From: Verrucomicrobiales bacterium
Lineage (GTDB): Bacteria > Verrucomicrobiota > Verrucomicrobiia > Limisphaerales > UBA9464
Direction: 5' to 3'
NCBI GenBank assembly: GCA_005793375.1
Contig: SXSK01000318.1
Span: 905 to 64,904 of the forward strand
DNA length: 64,000 nt
Shown piece after piece: positions 37,017 to 46,110 of the stretch (positions are counted from its first letter, which is position 1; each line of letters opens with the position of its first letter). Below the pieces are notes generated by a model. It searched no databases. It was not told the DNA's origin and saw only the letters and a list, made by a program, of their open reading frames with translations. A program made the position numbers and the translations under genes.

Positions 37017-37430
37017 ATGAAACGAACCAGCGCCATCACCTTGAGCTTTTGGCTCCTTGTGGCGCAGCTCGTTTGTCTTGGCCAGCCGTTCTATGCAGCG
37101 GGCGCTGGCCGGGCTCCAAAGTGTTGTTCCAGAGCTACGCCCGCCGTTAAACTGGCTGACCAGGTTGGGTTTCCTGTATTGGCAGCCATTCCTAGGTGTT
37201 GCCATCGCGAGTGTTGCGCACGGAAGTCGGAGCCGATTTCTCAAACCGCATCACTGTTTCCGATCCCTCCCGAAACCTTGCGATTTCTTCCCAATGTGGC
37301 GTTGCTCAATTTGGCTTGGGCATTGCCGTCGCCTCCGGTTTCTTTGGCTTCTGCTGTCCCTTCCTCTGCCAGTTCCCCAAGGCAACCTTCCGTGCCTGTT
37401 TTCACTCGGCACTGTGCTTGGTTGATTTGA
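37017..37430 (+). CDS. Hypothetical secreted protein with CC motifs
   Basis: 137 aa with GGAG 6 nt upstream of the ATG and a signal-like MKRTSAITLSFWLLVAQLVCLG. Carries KCCSR and RCCHRECCARK, and a Pro/Ser-rich tail. Alternative-frame ORFs overlap it, so coding status is uncertain. Confidence 0.4.
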   Translation: MKRTSAITLSFWLLVAQLVCLGQPFYAAGAGRAPKCCSRATPAVKLADQVGFPVLAAIPRCCHRECCARKSEPISQTASLFPIPPETLRFLPNVALLNLAWALPSPPVSLASAVPSSASSPRQPSVPVFTRHCAWLI

Positions 37431-37722
37431 GTTTCCGACCCCACTGACCGTCGGTCGCCTAGTTCCTGGGCGCCCTCCGACTATTCCCTCTTGTCAGTCC
37501 GGCGTATTTCCTCGGTTTTTTCGATGGTGAAACGCCTACCGGAATTCAAACGGACACGTTCACAACGGAACGATCCGCCTTCAATGCGGCCCATAGTCAT
37601 GGGCCTCGGCTCACTATAGGCCATTAAATACCCAAGTTGAGACAATGTCCGCTGTGTCTGGCCGTTGTCGACCTGGACAGGCTTGTGGTGTGTTAAGAAA
37701 CGAATCGAAACCGAAGCAACGA

Positions 37723-37766
37723 AGAACTCAAAAGAACTGCAGAACAGAACGACAGAACGACAGAAC
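37723..37766 (+). repeat. Six AGAAC pentamers in an A-rich leader upstream of the CC-doublet lipoprotein gene
   Basis: Read directly: gaAGAACtcaaaAGAACtgcAGAACAGAACgacAGAACgacAGAACaacaaac. It ends 23 nt before ATG 37790, with no SD-like sequence. Confidence 0.85.
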
Positions 37767-37789
37767 AACAAACAAAAACCTAAATCATT

Positions 37790-38020
37790 ATGAAAACATA
37801 TATCAAATCGAGTCTGCTGGGATTGGCCTTGGGTGCGGCATGGATTGTCGCCGGGTGTGCGGCCCACGGTCATAAAGGTCACGACCATGGAACCGCAATG
37901 TGCTGCGCCCATGGAAAATGCTGTAAGAGCGAGACGTGCTGTGATGGCAGTGCGACGTGTTGCAAAACGGCACAAAGCTGCTGCGCCAAGGCGGATAGTG
38001 CTTGCTGCAAGAAATCGTAA
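37790..38020 (+). CDS. His-rich, Cys-doublet-repeat lipoprotein (metallothionein-like, periplasmic/outer-membrane-anchored)
   Basis: 76 aa: MKTYIKSSLLGLALGAAWIVAGC (lipobox VAGC), then AAHGHKGHDHG, then six CC doublets spaced 4-6 residues apart (CCAHGKCCKSETCCDGSATCCKTAQSCCAKADSACCKKS). Located between copA and cusCBA. Confidence 0.75.
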   Translation: MKTYIKSSLLGLALGAAWIVAGCAAHGHKGHDHGTAMCCAHGKCCKSETCCDGSATCCKTAQSCCAKADSACCKKS

Positions 38021-38166
38021 TGGCCTCGAGCTATGGCACTCTCGGTCGCGGGATTGGTTTGGCCGAGTCCCGCGATTTCGAACGGCGACGGAAGCTAACA
38101 TGGCGAGCCCAGGTGAGAATACACCAGTCAAGACCCCCTTTGTTGACGAGTGGGACTCGTTGTGTT

Positions 38167-39567
38167 TTGAGCCGAAGCGATAGATTTGGAGCACTGCCTC
38201 ACTTCGGACGCGTTGAAGCGACCTGCCATGGTTCAAAAGGCTGCATCGTCGTTCTGCTGGCGTTCATGGTAGGCGCCGTTTGGATGCGAGCAGCCGGGAC
38301 TGGGCAGAGTGATGAGACAGGCATGGCTTCGGTTCCCTTGACGATCGGGCTCATCGAGCAATTAAGCGATGAGATGCGAACGAATCATCCCGCATTAAAA
38401 GCGGCGCGTGGGAGGGCGACGGCGGCCATGTTCCAGGCGGAAGGTATCCGCAAATGGCAGGATCCGGGGTTCAAGCTCGGCGGCGCCGTCAACAGCGGTC
38501 GGGGTCCGGACGCGCGCGAGGAAGGGGACTTGATTTATGGCGTGGAGCAAACGCTGCCGTTGTTCGGAAAGTTGGAGGCCGTGCGTGCTGTCGCTGCTGC
38601 GGACGCGGCTACCGAGTCGGAGCGGGGCGAATTGCTGTTACAGTTGCAACGCCGCGATTTGTCCAAGGTGTTGTTTGAATTGGCACTGGCGGATCGCGCG
38701 ATTGTGTTGGGCCGCGAGGATTTGAAATGGTTGGAAACAACTCTCGAGATTGCCAATGCCCGCCTTCAGGCAGGAACGGCGACTCAATTGGATTTCATTC
38801 GGCTGCAGAACGAGCGCGCCCGACGAACCAACCAGTTGGCTACTGAGATTAGCCGCCGCGCTGAGTCGTTGGTTACCTTGAATCGGTTGCTGGCACGTCC
38901 ACCGCTGACAGCGTTTTCCATCCTGACCCTCCCCGATATTGCGCCGGCACTGGCATTCACTCCCACATTGATCCGGTACGCCACCAACTCGGAACCGCGG
39001 TTGTTGGTGGCATCCAGAGAGGTAACGGCTGCAGAAGCCCGCATACGAGCGACCCGGAAGTCGAAAATTCCCGATATGACGGTTGCTGTTCAAGGACAGC
39101 AATTCCATGGGGATGGAGGGTTTCGCCAAGGCATGGTCACCGTAGGATTCAATCTACCGTGGCTCAACGCCGGGCGTTACCGCAAAGATCTCGCTCGGGA
39201 TCAGCACCGCCATAAATCGGCGCTGCAAGACAGGGAAAGCCTGGCACTGGAGGTGGTGAACGAGATTCACCATCGAATCACATCGATTGATGCGGCGCGC
39301 CGCGAGGGCTTGCTTTATCGCGACGACATTCTCCCCAGAAGCGAACGAGCACTGGCTGTCGCCATGGCGGGTTGGACCGGGTCTTCCATGGAAGTCCGGG
39401 ATGTCCTGGAGACACGCCGGATGTTGGTGGAGGCAAAGTCCATGATCGCTCGGGCCGTTGCCATGCAATGGATTGAAATGAGCGACCTCGTTTTGTGTTG
39501 CGGACTGAGTGATTTGGAAATGCTTTTGGAACTTGGCGCCCCGGAAACTCCAGCAATAACACCATGA
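38167..39567 (+). CDS. Outer-membrane efflux protein, TolC/CusC family
   Basis: Two OEP repeats (LSDEMRTNHPALKAARG...; ...YATNSEPRLLVASREVTAAEARI...). The frame is open from 38002, but only from TTG 38167 does it give a plausible signal peptide (basic n-region, CIVVLLAFMVGAVW, MRAAG). Start uncertain (alternative ATG 38266). Confidence 0.85.
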   Translation: MSRSDRFGALPHFGRVEATCHGSKGCIVVLLAFMVGAVWMRAAGTGQSDETGMASVPLTIGLIEQLSDEMRTNHPALKAARGRATAAMFQAEGIRKWQDPGFKLGGAVNSGRGPDAREEGDLIYGVEQTLPLFGKLEAVRAVAAADAATESERGELLLQLQRRDLSKVLFELALADRAIVLGREDLKWLETTLEIANARLQAGTATQLDFIRLQNERARRTNQLATEISRRAESLVTLNRLLARPPLTAFSILTLPDIAPALAFTPTLIRYATNSEPRLLVASREVTAAEARIRATRKSKIPDMTVAVQGQQFHGDGGFRQGMVTVGFNLPWLNAGRYRKDLARDQHRHKSALQDRESLALEVVNEIHHRITSIDAARREGLLYRDDILPRSERALAVAMAGWTGSSMEVRDVLETRRMLVEAKSMIARAVAMQWIEMSDLVLCCGLSDLEMLLELGAPETPAITP

Positions 39568-41300
39568 ACACGAAATCAATTGTTGCCGTTTTCCTCGCGG
39601 TTCTAGGAGGTGTTGCGGTCGGCTGGTTTGGACGCAGCAAGATGCAACCGGAAACTACGTCGACTTCCGAGGGGTCCTCTCTGACTGCGAGTCGTCGGGT
39701 TGCATTTTATCAATCGTCCATGCATCCATGGATTAAGTCGGAAAAACCCGGCCGCTGCACGATTTGCGGAATGGAATTGGTGCCGGTTTACGAGGGGGAA
39801 ACCGGAGTGGCTTCGGATTCGAATCTGATCACCTTAAGTTCGAATTCCATCTCGGTGGTGGGTGTGCGCACGTCACCTGTGTTGCGCGGTGGGCTGCTGC
39901 GGTCCTTGCGATTTGCCGGAGTGATTGATGATGACGATTCGCGGCATCGCATCTTGAGTGCCTACGTTGATGGCCGTCTGGACGAGTTGCACGTGAACTT
40001 CACTGGGGCCGAAGTTGCAGCAGGCCAGCCGCTGGCCAAATTCTATTCACCCATGCTCCTGACGGCAGTGCGGGAGTATTTGGCGTTGTCAGCAACAGGC
40101 GGGGATGCGCTGGCGGGCCAGGCTGCTGCCCAAAGACTGAGGCAGTTTGGTTTGATGGAATCTCAAATCCAAGCTCTGCCAAAAGCGTTTGGATCTACCA
40201 ACATCCACGTGGAAATTCTTGCGCCGATTGCCGGAACGGTAGTCAAGCGACAAGTTTACGCCGGTCAATTTGTGAAGGAGGGGGAACCGCTCTTTGAAAT
40301 CGCCGACTTCAACACCATGTGGTTCAAGTTTGATGCGTACGAACGCGATCTGTCCTGGATCCAACCAGGCATGCCATTGGAGATTCGAACACCGTCGGTA
40401 CCAGGACGTGTGTTTTCGTCCCAAATACATTTCATCGATCCCAATCTCGATCCGGGCTCGCGCAGTGCCAAGGTGCGCGTTGAATTGCCCAACCCTGTGA
40501 TAAACCTTGGAGCATCACACCGGCGGCAATTCTTGCATCGAACTTATGCCGAGGCCCAGGTTGCAGTGACAATACCCGATGTCCTTCTGATCTCGCGTCA
40601 GGCCGTGTTGAATCCCGATGGACACCCCGTCGTGTTCGTCGATCGCGGGGCTGGGGCTTATGAACGACGCACCATCGTGGTGGGTCGCGCGGGCGACGTC
40701 GCTTGGGAAGTGTTGGGGGGTGTCTCTGAAGGTGACTTGGTGGTGTCGCACGGCAATCTGTTGATGGATTCCCAAGCTCAATTGGCTCGAGCAGCATCGG
40801 GCGATTTGGGGATGGAAACGGTGGTGTCACAACCGCCTTCGGCTGCGACGGCGACGGCAGACCTTGCCCCTCTCGGACGGTTTCTAGTTGCGGTGGACTC
40901 GTTGCGTCTGGCGTTGGCCTCCGATGACTTGCAGGGTTTTGTGACGAAACGCATCCAACTGACTCAAGCGATCCCCACGTTCACCTCGGATGCGGATCGA
41001 GCTCCCTGGGGAAACGTGTTGTCACAGTTGGAAGACTTTATCGCATTGCCCCAACCCACGGATCTGTTGGTCGCCCGGCAACAGTTTTTCGGATTGAGTG
41101 CCGTCATACTGGAAGCTGTCGCGCAGGCTCGAAAGCAGGATTCGGCGTTGGCACGTATCAGGATCTTCGAATGCCCGATGACCGATGGTGCGTTTCCAGG
41201 TGCCCCTAAGAAAGCCAAATGGTTTCAATGGAGCGGTCCGTTGCGGAATCCCTGGTTCGGCGAGCGCATGGCGACCTGTGGCGCCGAGGTCAAACTCTGA
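39564..41300 (+). CDS. cusB: RND periplasmic adaptor, CusB-like, with N-terminal heavy-metal-binding domain and C-terminal DUF3347-like domain
   Basis: SSMHPWIKSEKPGRCTICGMELVP (HMBD), a barrel-sandwich/beta-barrel MFP core, and a C-terminal ...IFECPMTDGAFPG...WFQWSGPLRNPWFGERMATCG. The ATG overlaps the upstream stop (ATGA). Confidence 0.9.
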   Translation: MNTKSIVAVFLAVLGGVAVGWFGRSKMQPETTSTSEGSSLTASRRVAFYQSSMHPWIKSEKPGRCTICGMELVPVYEGETGVASDSNLITLSSNSISVVGVRTSPVLRGGLLRSLRFAGVIDDDDSRHRILSAYVDGRLDELHVNFTGAEVAAGQPLAKFYSPMLLTAVREYLALSATGGDALAGQAAAQRLRQFGLMESQIQALPKAFGSTNIHVEILAPIAGTVVKRQVYAGQFVKEGEPLFEIADFNTMWFKFDAYERDLSWIQPGMPLEIRTPSVPGRVFSSQIHFIDPNLDPGSRSAKVRVELPNPVINLGASHRRQFLHRTYAEAQVAVTIPDVLLISRQAVLNPDGHPVVFVDRGAGAYERRTIVVGRAGDVAWEVLGGVSEGDLVVSHGNLLMDSQAQLARAASGDLGMETVVSQPPSAATATADLAPLGRFLVAVDSLRLALASDDLQGFVTKRIQLTQAIPTFTSDADRAPWGNVLSQLEDFIALPQPTDLLVARQQFFGLSAVILEAVAQARKQDSALARIRIFECPMTDGAFPGAPKKAKWFQWSGPLRNPWFGERMATCGAEVKL

Positions 41301-41321
41301 GATGTCCCGGCAAAAACTCCC

Positions 41322-44300
41322 ATGATTCATCGCATCATAGAGTGGTCATTGCGGAACCGGTTCTTTGTCCTCTGCGGGACGCTCTTTCTCGTGGCTTTCG
41401 GGATTAGGGCGCTGCGGTCGACACCCGTGGACGCCATTCCCGATCTAAGTGAGAACCAAGTTTTGGTTTATGCAGACTGGTCTGGCCGAAGCCCTCAGGA
41501 AGTCGAAGATCAGGTTACCTATCCACTGAGTGTGAACCTCCAAGGACTGGCTGGCGTTCGGGCGGTGCGGGCCAATTCCATGTTTGGCTTCTCTCTTGTG
41601 ACGATCATTTTCGAAGATCGTCTGGATAACTATTTTGCACGGCAGCGGGTTAGCGAGCGCCTGAGTCTCATCGCTCCACAAATGCCGCTGGGTGTGGTGC
41701 CGCAGCTCGGCCCAGATGCAACGGGATTAGGTTGGGTTTACCAATACTATCTGCACGTTGAACCGGGTGCCCTGGGAGGCGGATCCAACACCCCTCCCAA
41801 CGGATACAGTCTGGGTCAATTGCGGTCTCTTCAGGACTTTTTCGTACGCCAACAGTTGGTCGCGGTTTCGGGGGTGGCTGAGGTAGCCAGCGTGGGTGGT
41901 TTCGTTCAGCAATATCAGATCGAGGTGGATCCCACCCGATTGCGCACAGCCGGCGTCCTGCTCTCGGAGGTCCTGGATGCCGTGGGCCGCGAGAATCGCA
42001 ATGTCGGCGGCAAGGTCATCGAAGAGAACGGTTTGGAATTCGTGGTTCGTGGCATCGCCTTGATCCGCGATGCCTCGGATCTCGAAAATATCGTGCTCGC
42101 CGAACGGAATGGCACGCCGGTGCATTTGCGCGACGTGGCTTCGGTTGAAATTGGTGGTGATTTTAGACGGGGCGCTTTGGATGTCGACGGACATGAAGTG
42201 GTGGGGGGCATTGTCGTGATGCGCACCGGCGAAAATGCCATGCGAGTAATTCAAGCCGTCAAGGAGCGGATACAGCAGATTCAGCATTCGTTGCCCCCCG
42301 GTGTTTCCGTGCGCCCGTTTTATGATCGTAGCGAATTGATTCAGCGGACCATCGATACCTTGCGACACGCCTTGGTGGAAGAAATGCTCCTCGTCACGCT
42401 GGCGCATATCCTCTTCTTGTTTCACTTCCGAAGCATTTTGATCGTCACTATCCCGCTCCCGGTCAGCATTCTCATCGCGTTTGTCCTCATGGAGGGTTTT
42501 GGAGTCTCCTCGAACATCATGTCGCTGGCCGGAATTGCTATCGCTATCGGCGTGCTCGTGGACGCAGGTATTGTGATGACGGAGAATGTCATCCGGCACT
42601 GCGAACGGGCGGAGGAAGAAAAGGCAGCTCGATTATCGTTGGAAGGTGTGAGCGTGGGGAAGGGCGGCGTGCGATTGACGATCCAGGAGACCTTGGAAGT
42701 GACGCGAGTGGCAGCACGCCAAGTGGGGCGGCCCATTTTTTTTGCCATGGGAATCATCATTCTGGCATTCGTGCCGGTGTTCGCGCTGACAGGACAGGAG
42801 GGCAAGTTGTTTCATCCTCTGGCGTTCACCAAGACGTTCGGGATGGTCGGGTCGACGATACTCGCAGTGACCTTGGTGCCGGTATTGTGCGTGGCTCTGG
42901 TTCGCGGGCCGTTTCATCGGGAGGATCAGAATTGGCTGATGCGCTTTCTACTGGCGATATATGATCCGGTATTGAATTGGGCATTGCGCTGGCGCAAGAC
43001 CGTCTTGCTTCTGGCGACAATCTTGCTGGTGATGGCGGTAGTGGTCGCCGTGGGCGTGCCGGCCACAGTGTTGAAGGCAGTTTCGCAAAGAGCTCCTCGG
43101 CTAGCGGCGCATTTGCCCCAAGGGTTCGGGCGTCAATTCATGCCTCCATTGGATGAAGGCTCACTTTTGTTCATGCCGGTCTTGCTTCCCCAGACTTCGA
43201 TTAGCGAGGTGAAACGGATCCTTTCCTGGCAGGACATGGTGCTCAAAGCCACACCGGAGGTCGCCAGCGTGGGTGGAAAATTGGGGCGCGCCGAAAGTGC
43301 CACAGACCCTGCCCCGGTGGAGATGATCGAAACCACAATTGTGCTGAAGCCGGAATGGATTTCGACGAACCGGACGGTCCTCGGTTTCGTCAAATGGCCC
43401 ACTGTCGTACGCAATCCGGCATGGCGTCCGAACATGACCATTCAGACGTTACGACAGGAACTAATGGACAAGATGACCCAGGTGCCCGGCTACGTGCCGG
43501 GGTTCTTGCAGCCGATCGAGAATCGAATCCTGATGTTAAGCACCGGGATTCGGGCTCAAGTGGGCGTGAAGTTGATGGGTGACAACCTCGAAGTGCTCAA
43601 TCGCAAGGCAATCGAAATTGCCCGGATCGTTGAGTCCGTCCCGGGAGCCATGGGCGTCTCTCCGTCGCGCACATTAGGTAAACCCTATTTGGAGATCCAG
43701 GTCGACCGTGTGGCTGCGGCGCGATTTGGTCTGGGGGCGGCGCAGATCTTGGAGGCGATTGAGGTCGGGGTTGGGGGCACGATAGTTTCGACCGCCATCG
43801 ACGGGCGTCAACGCATTCCAATCCAGGTGCGTTTGCATCGATCGGCGCGTGAGGATATCGAGAAATTGGGCGAATTGTTGGTGCGATCCCCGGGCGGAAC
43901 AGTGGTTCCACTCGGACAGGTTGCCACTATACGGCGCACTTTGGGACCGAGCGAGATCAACAGCGAAAACGGACGCCTGCGCACTTTTGTTCAGGCCAAC
44001 GTTCAAGGACGCGACCTCGGTTCCTTTGTCGCCGAAATCAAATCCCGGATGGATCGCGATGTCGTGCCGCATCTGCCACCAGGTGTGACGATTGAGTACA
44101 GCGGTGACTATGAGAACCTGCTCCGCGCGGGGCGTACACTGTTGCTGATTGTACCGGCGGTCCTATTGATCATCTTCCTGCTCCTGTACGGCATTTATCG
44201 AAGTGCGACGGAAGCGGCCCACGTCATTTTGGCTGTCCCGTTCGCGCTCACGGGTGGCGTGTTCTTGCAGGCTTTTTTGGGCTACGACTTTAGTGTGGCG

Positions 44301-44708
44301 GTCTGGGTTGGCTATATCGCCCTTTTTGGTACCGCCATTCAAACTGGCGTCGTGATGGTGGTGTATCTGGAGGAAACTCTCGAAAAGCGACGGCGTGATT
44401 GCCTGGATGCTGGACGCGAGTTCACATCCTTGGATTTGATTCAAGCGGTGAAAGATGGGGCACGTTTGCGATTGCGTCCCAAGGTGATGACCGTCGCAAC
44501 GGTTGTCGCCAGTCTGCTGCCGCTGTTTTGGAGCCATCGAACGGGGTCTGAAGTGATGAAACCACTGGCCACCCCAGTGGTGGGTGGCATGGTGAGCAGC
44601 CTGGTTCATATCTTGATTGTGACACCCGTGATCTTTGCCTGGCTGCGGGAACGTGAGCTTCGTCGAGAGAAACTGCCGACGCGTGGGTCACTTGTCATCT
44701 CGACCTAG
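41322..44708 (+). CDS. cusA: Heavy-metal efflux RND pump, CusA/CzcA family
   Basis: 1128 aa with 12-TM RND architecture. MIHRIIEWSLRNRFFVL..., AIPDLSENQVLVY... and the family-typical N-terminus and length. Neighboured by a CusB-like adaptor. Confidence 0.95.
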   Translation: MIHRIIEWSLRNRFFVLCGTLFLVAFGIRALRSTPVDAIPDLSENQVLVYADWSGRSPQEVEDQVTYPLSVNLQGLAGVRAVRANSMFGFSLVTIIFEDRLDNYFARQRVSERLSLIAPQMPLGVVPQLGPDATGLGWVYQYYLHVEPGALGGGSNTPPNGYSLGQLRSLQDFFVRQQLVAVSGVAEVASVGGFVQQYQIEVDPTRLRTAGVLLSEVLDAVGRENRNVGGKVIEENGLEFVVRGIALIRDASDLENIVLAERNGTPVHLRDVASVEIGGDFRRGALDVDGHEVVGGIVVMRTGENAMRVIQAVKERIQQIQHSLPPGVSVRPFYDRSELIQRTIDTLRHALVEEMLLVTLAHILFLFHFRSILIVTIPLPVSILIAFVLMEGFGVSSNIMSLAGIAIAIGVLVDAGIVMTENVIRHCERAEEEKAARLSLEGVSVGKGGVRLTIQETLEVTRVAARQVGRPIFFAMGIIILAFVPVFALTGQEGKLFHPLAFTKTFGMVGSTILAVTLVPVLCVALVRGPFHREDQNWLMRFLLAIYDPVLNWALRWRKTVLLLATILLVMAVVVAVGVPATVLKAVSQRAPRLAAHLPQGFGRQFMPPLDEGSLLFMPVLLPQTSISEVKRILSWQDMVLKATPEVASVGGKLGRAESATDPAPVEMIETTIVLKPEWISTNRTVLGFVKWPTVVRNPAWRPNMTIQTLRQELMDKMTQVPGYVPGFLQPIENRILMLSTGIRAQVGVKLMGDNLEVLNRKAIEIARIVESVPGAMGVSPSRTLGKPYLEIQVDRVAAARFGLGAAQILEAIEVGVGGTIVSTAIDGRQRIPIQVRLHRSAREDIEKLGELLVRSPGGTVVPLGQVATIRRTLGPSEINSENGRLRTFVQANVQGRDLGSFVAEIKSRMDRDVVPHLPPGVTIEYSGDYENLLRAGRTLLLIVPAVLLIIFLLLYGIYRSATEAAHVILAVPFALTGGVFLQAFLGYDFSVAVWVGYIALFGTAIQTGVVMVVYLEETLEKRRRDCLDAGREFTSLDLIQAVKDGARLRLRPKVMTVATVVASLLPLFWSHRTGSEVMKPLATPVVGGMVSSLVHILIVTPVIFAWLRERELRREKLPTRGSLVIST

Positions 44709-44728
44709 TTTGCTAGTTTTACGGCGTG

Positions 44729-45973
44729 ATGACTCGTCCCACTCTTCTGGTGCTAGCCGCAGTTGGTATATTGAATAGTGCTCTGGTTGGAACCGCTGGT
44801 GATTGGCCGCGGTATCGCGGATCCAATTTCAATGGAATCTCGGTAGAGAAAGATTGGCTCGGCAAGTGGCCAGGCGGCAGCCCAAAACAGGTATGGAAGA
44901 AAAACGTCGGCATTGGATTCTCTTCCATGTCCGTTGCGGGTGGACGCCTCTATACCGTCGGGAACGACGGCAAGAAGAAGGGCGGCAAGGACACAGTCTA
45001 TTGTTTGGACGCGGCAACCGGTGCTGAAGTCTGGCGCTATGTGTACGACCAAAACCTCGATGACCATTATTACGATGGGGGACCAGGGGCGACGCCAACC
45101 GTCGATGAAGCACGGGTTTACATCGTCGGGCGCCATGGAACCGTCGCTTGTCTGGACGCCGTGAAAGGTGTTGAGGTTTGGAAACGCGATATCCATAAAG
45201 AATTGGGGTTGGCCATTCCCGAATGGGGTTTCAATGGCTCGGCGCACATCGAAGGATCCCTGGTGATCGTGAACGCTGGCAATTACGGCTTGGCCCTCGA
45301 CAAGGCCACAGGCAAAGAAGCCTGGACCACAGGCAAGCAGGCTTCGGGATACGGAACCGCGGTTCCCTTTGACAACGGTGGGCAACGCGCCTTGGCGATT
45401 TTCGCCGCAACTCACCTGGTTGCGATCGATCCTAAGACCGGCAAGGCACTGTGGCGTCACCCATGGAAAACCAGTTATGACGTCAACGCAGCCGACCCCG
45501 CGATCAGCGGCGATCGGATGTTCATTTCTTCAGGTTATGGCAGCGGTGGTTCTGGAATCCAATTCACTGCCGCGGGAGCCAAGGAATTGTGGAAGAACAA
45601 AGAAATCGCGGCCCATATGGCGAGCCCCGTGGCCATAGGTGAGCATGTGTATGGCGTTGATGGCATGGGTGGGGACAAGGGTTCCAAATTGAAGTGTCTC
45701 GAATTGCAGACGGGTAAGTTGGTTTGGGCGTCGCCCGCTGCGGCCACTGGTTCGATGACGGTGGCCGACGGAAAAATTCTCTGGATCACCGGCAGCGGTG
45801 AATTGGTCGTCGTGGCGGCATCTCCCGCGGGCTACAAAGAATTGGCCCGCGCGCAGGTGACCGGCGGCAAGGTCTGGTCCCCTCCCGTTCTGGCCCACGG
45901 CCGCCTCTATGTGAGGACCGCCAAAGGCGATGTCGTCTGTGCGGATATCAAGGGCGAAGGCAAGCTGGATTGA
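44729..45973 (+). CDS. PQQ-like (BamB-like) beta-propeller repeat protein, secreted
   Basis: Signal peptide, then GDWPRYRGSNFNGIS...VWKKNVGIGFSSMSVAGGRLYTVG...VYCLDAATGAEVWRY with repeated xxxGxxxW blades. Starts 21 nt after the cusA stop. Confidence 0.8.
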   Translation: MTRPTLLVLAAVGILNSALVGTAGDWPRYRGSNFNGISVEKDWLGKWPGGSPKQVWKKNVGIGFSSMSVAGGRLYTVGNDGKKKGGKDTVYCLDAATGAEVWRYVYDQNLDDHYYDGGPGATPTVDEARVYIVGRHGTVACLDAVKGVEVWKRDIHKELGLAIPEWGFNGSAHIEGSLVIVNAGNYGLALDKATGKEAWTTGKQASGYGTAVPFDNGGQRALAIFAATHLVAIDPKTGKALWRHPWKTSYDVNAADPAISGDRMFISSGYGSGGSGIQFTAAGAKELWKNKEIAAHMASPVAIGEHVYGVDGMGGDKGSKLKCLELQTGKLVWASPAAATGSMTVADGKILWITGSGELVVVAASPAGYKELARAQVTGGKVWSPPVLAHGRLYVRTAKGDVVCADIKGEGKLD

Positions 45974-46110
45974 GAGAATCGATCCATTGCTTAACCACTC
46001 CCATCGCGACATCGATCGTGTCGTGAACGGATAGCCTCGATTCATGCGTCGCGGCCTGGCCTGGTATCGGCGATGGATTTCTATTGGCAAGACGCATCAC
46101 AGGCCTCGCA

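Noticed and set aside
38002-38166. N-terminal extension of the cusC-like ORF (start at 38002 or at ATG 38020 overlapping the upstream stop)
   Set aside because: It would put about 55-80 non-hydrophobic residues in front of the only signal-peptide-like segment, which is incompatible with an exported outer-membrane factor. I kept it as a possible leader or attenuator observation only.
37481-38236. 251-aa minus-strand ORF spanning the CC-lipoprotein gene and its leader
   Set aside because: It crosses an obvious AT-rich, repeat-containing leader and has a low-complexity, Cys/Arg-rich shadow composition. The plus-strand lipoprotein has a coherent signal peptide, lipobox and motif structure.
41727-42599. 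290-aa minus-strand ORF inside cusA; likewise 57923-58837 (+) inside DUF1501, 44753-45460 (-) inside the propeller gene, and 46123-46767 (-) inside glycerate kinase
   Set aside because: All lie antisense to genes with strong family signatures. They are Arg/His/Asp-rich shadow frames.
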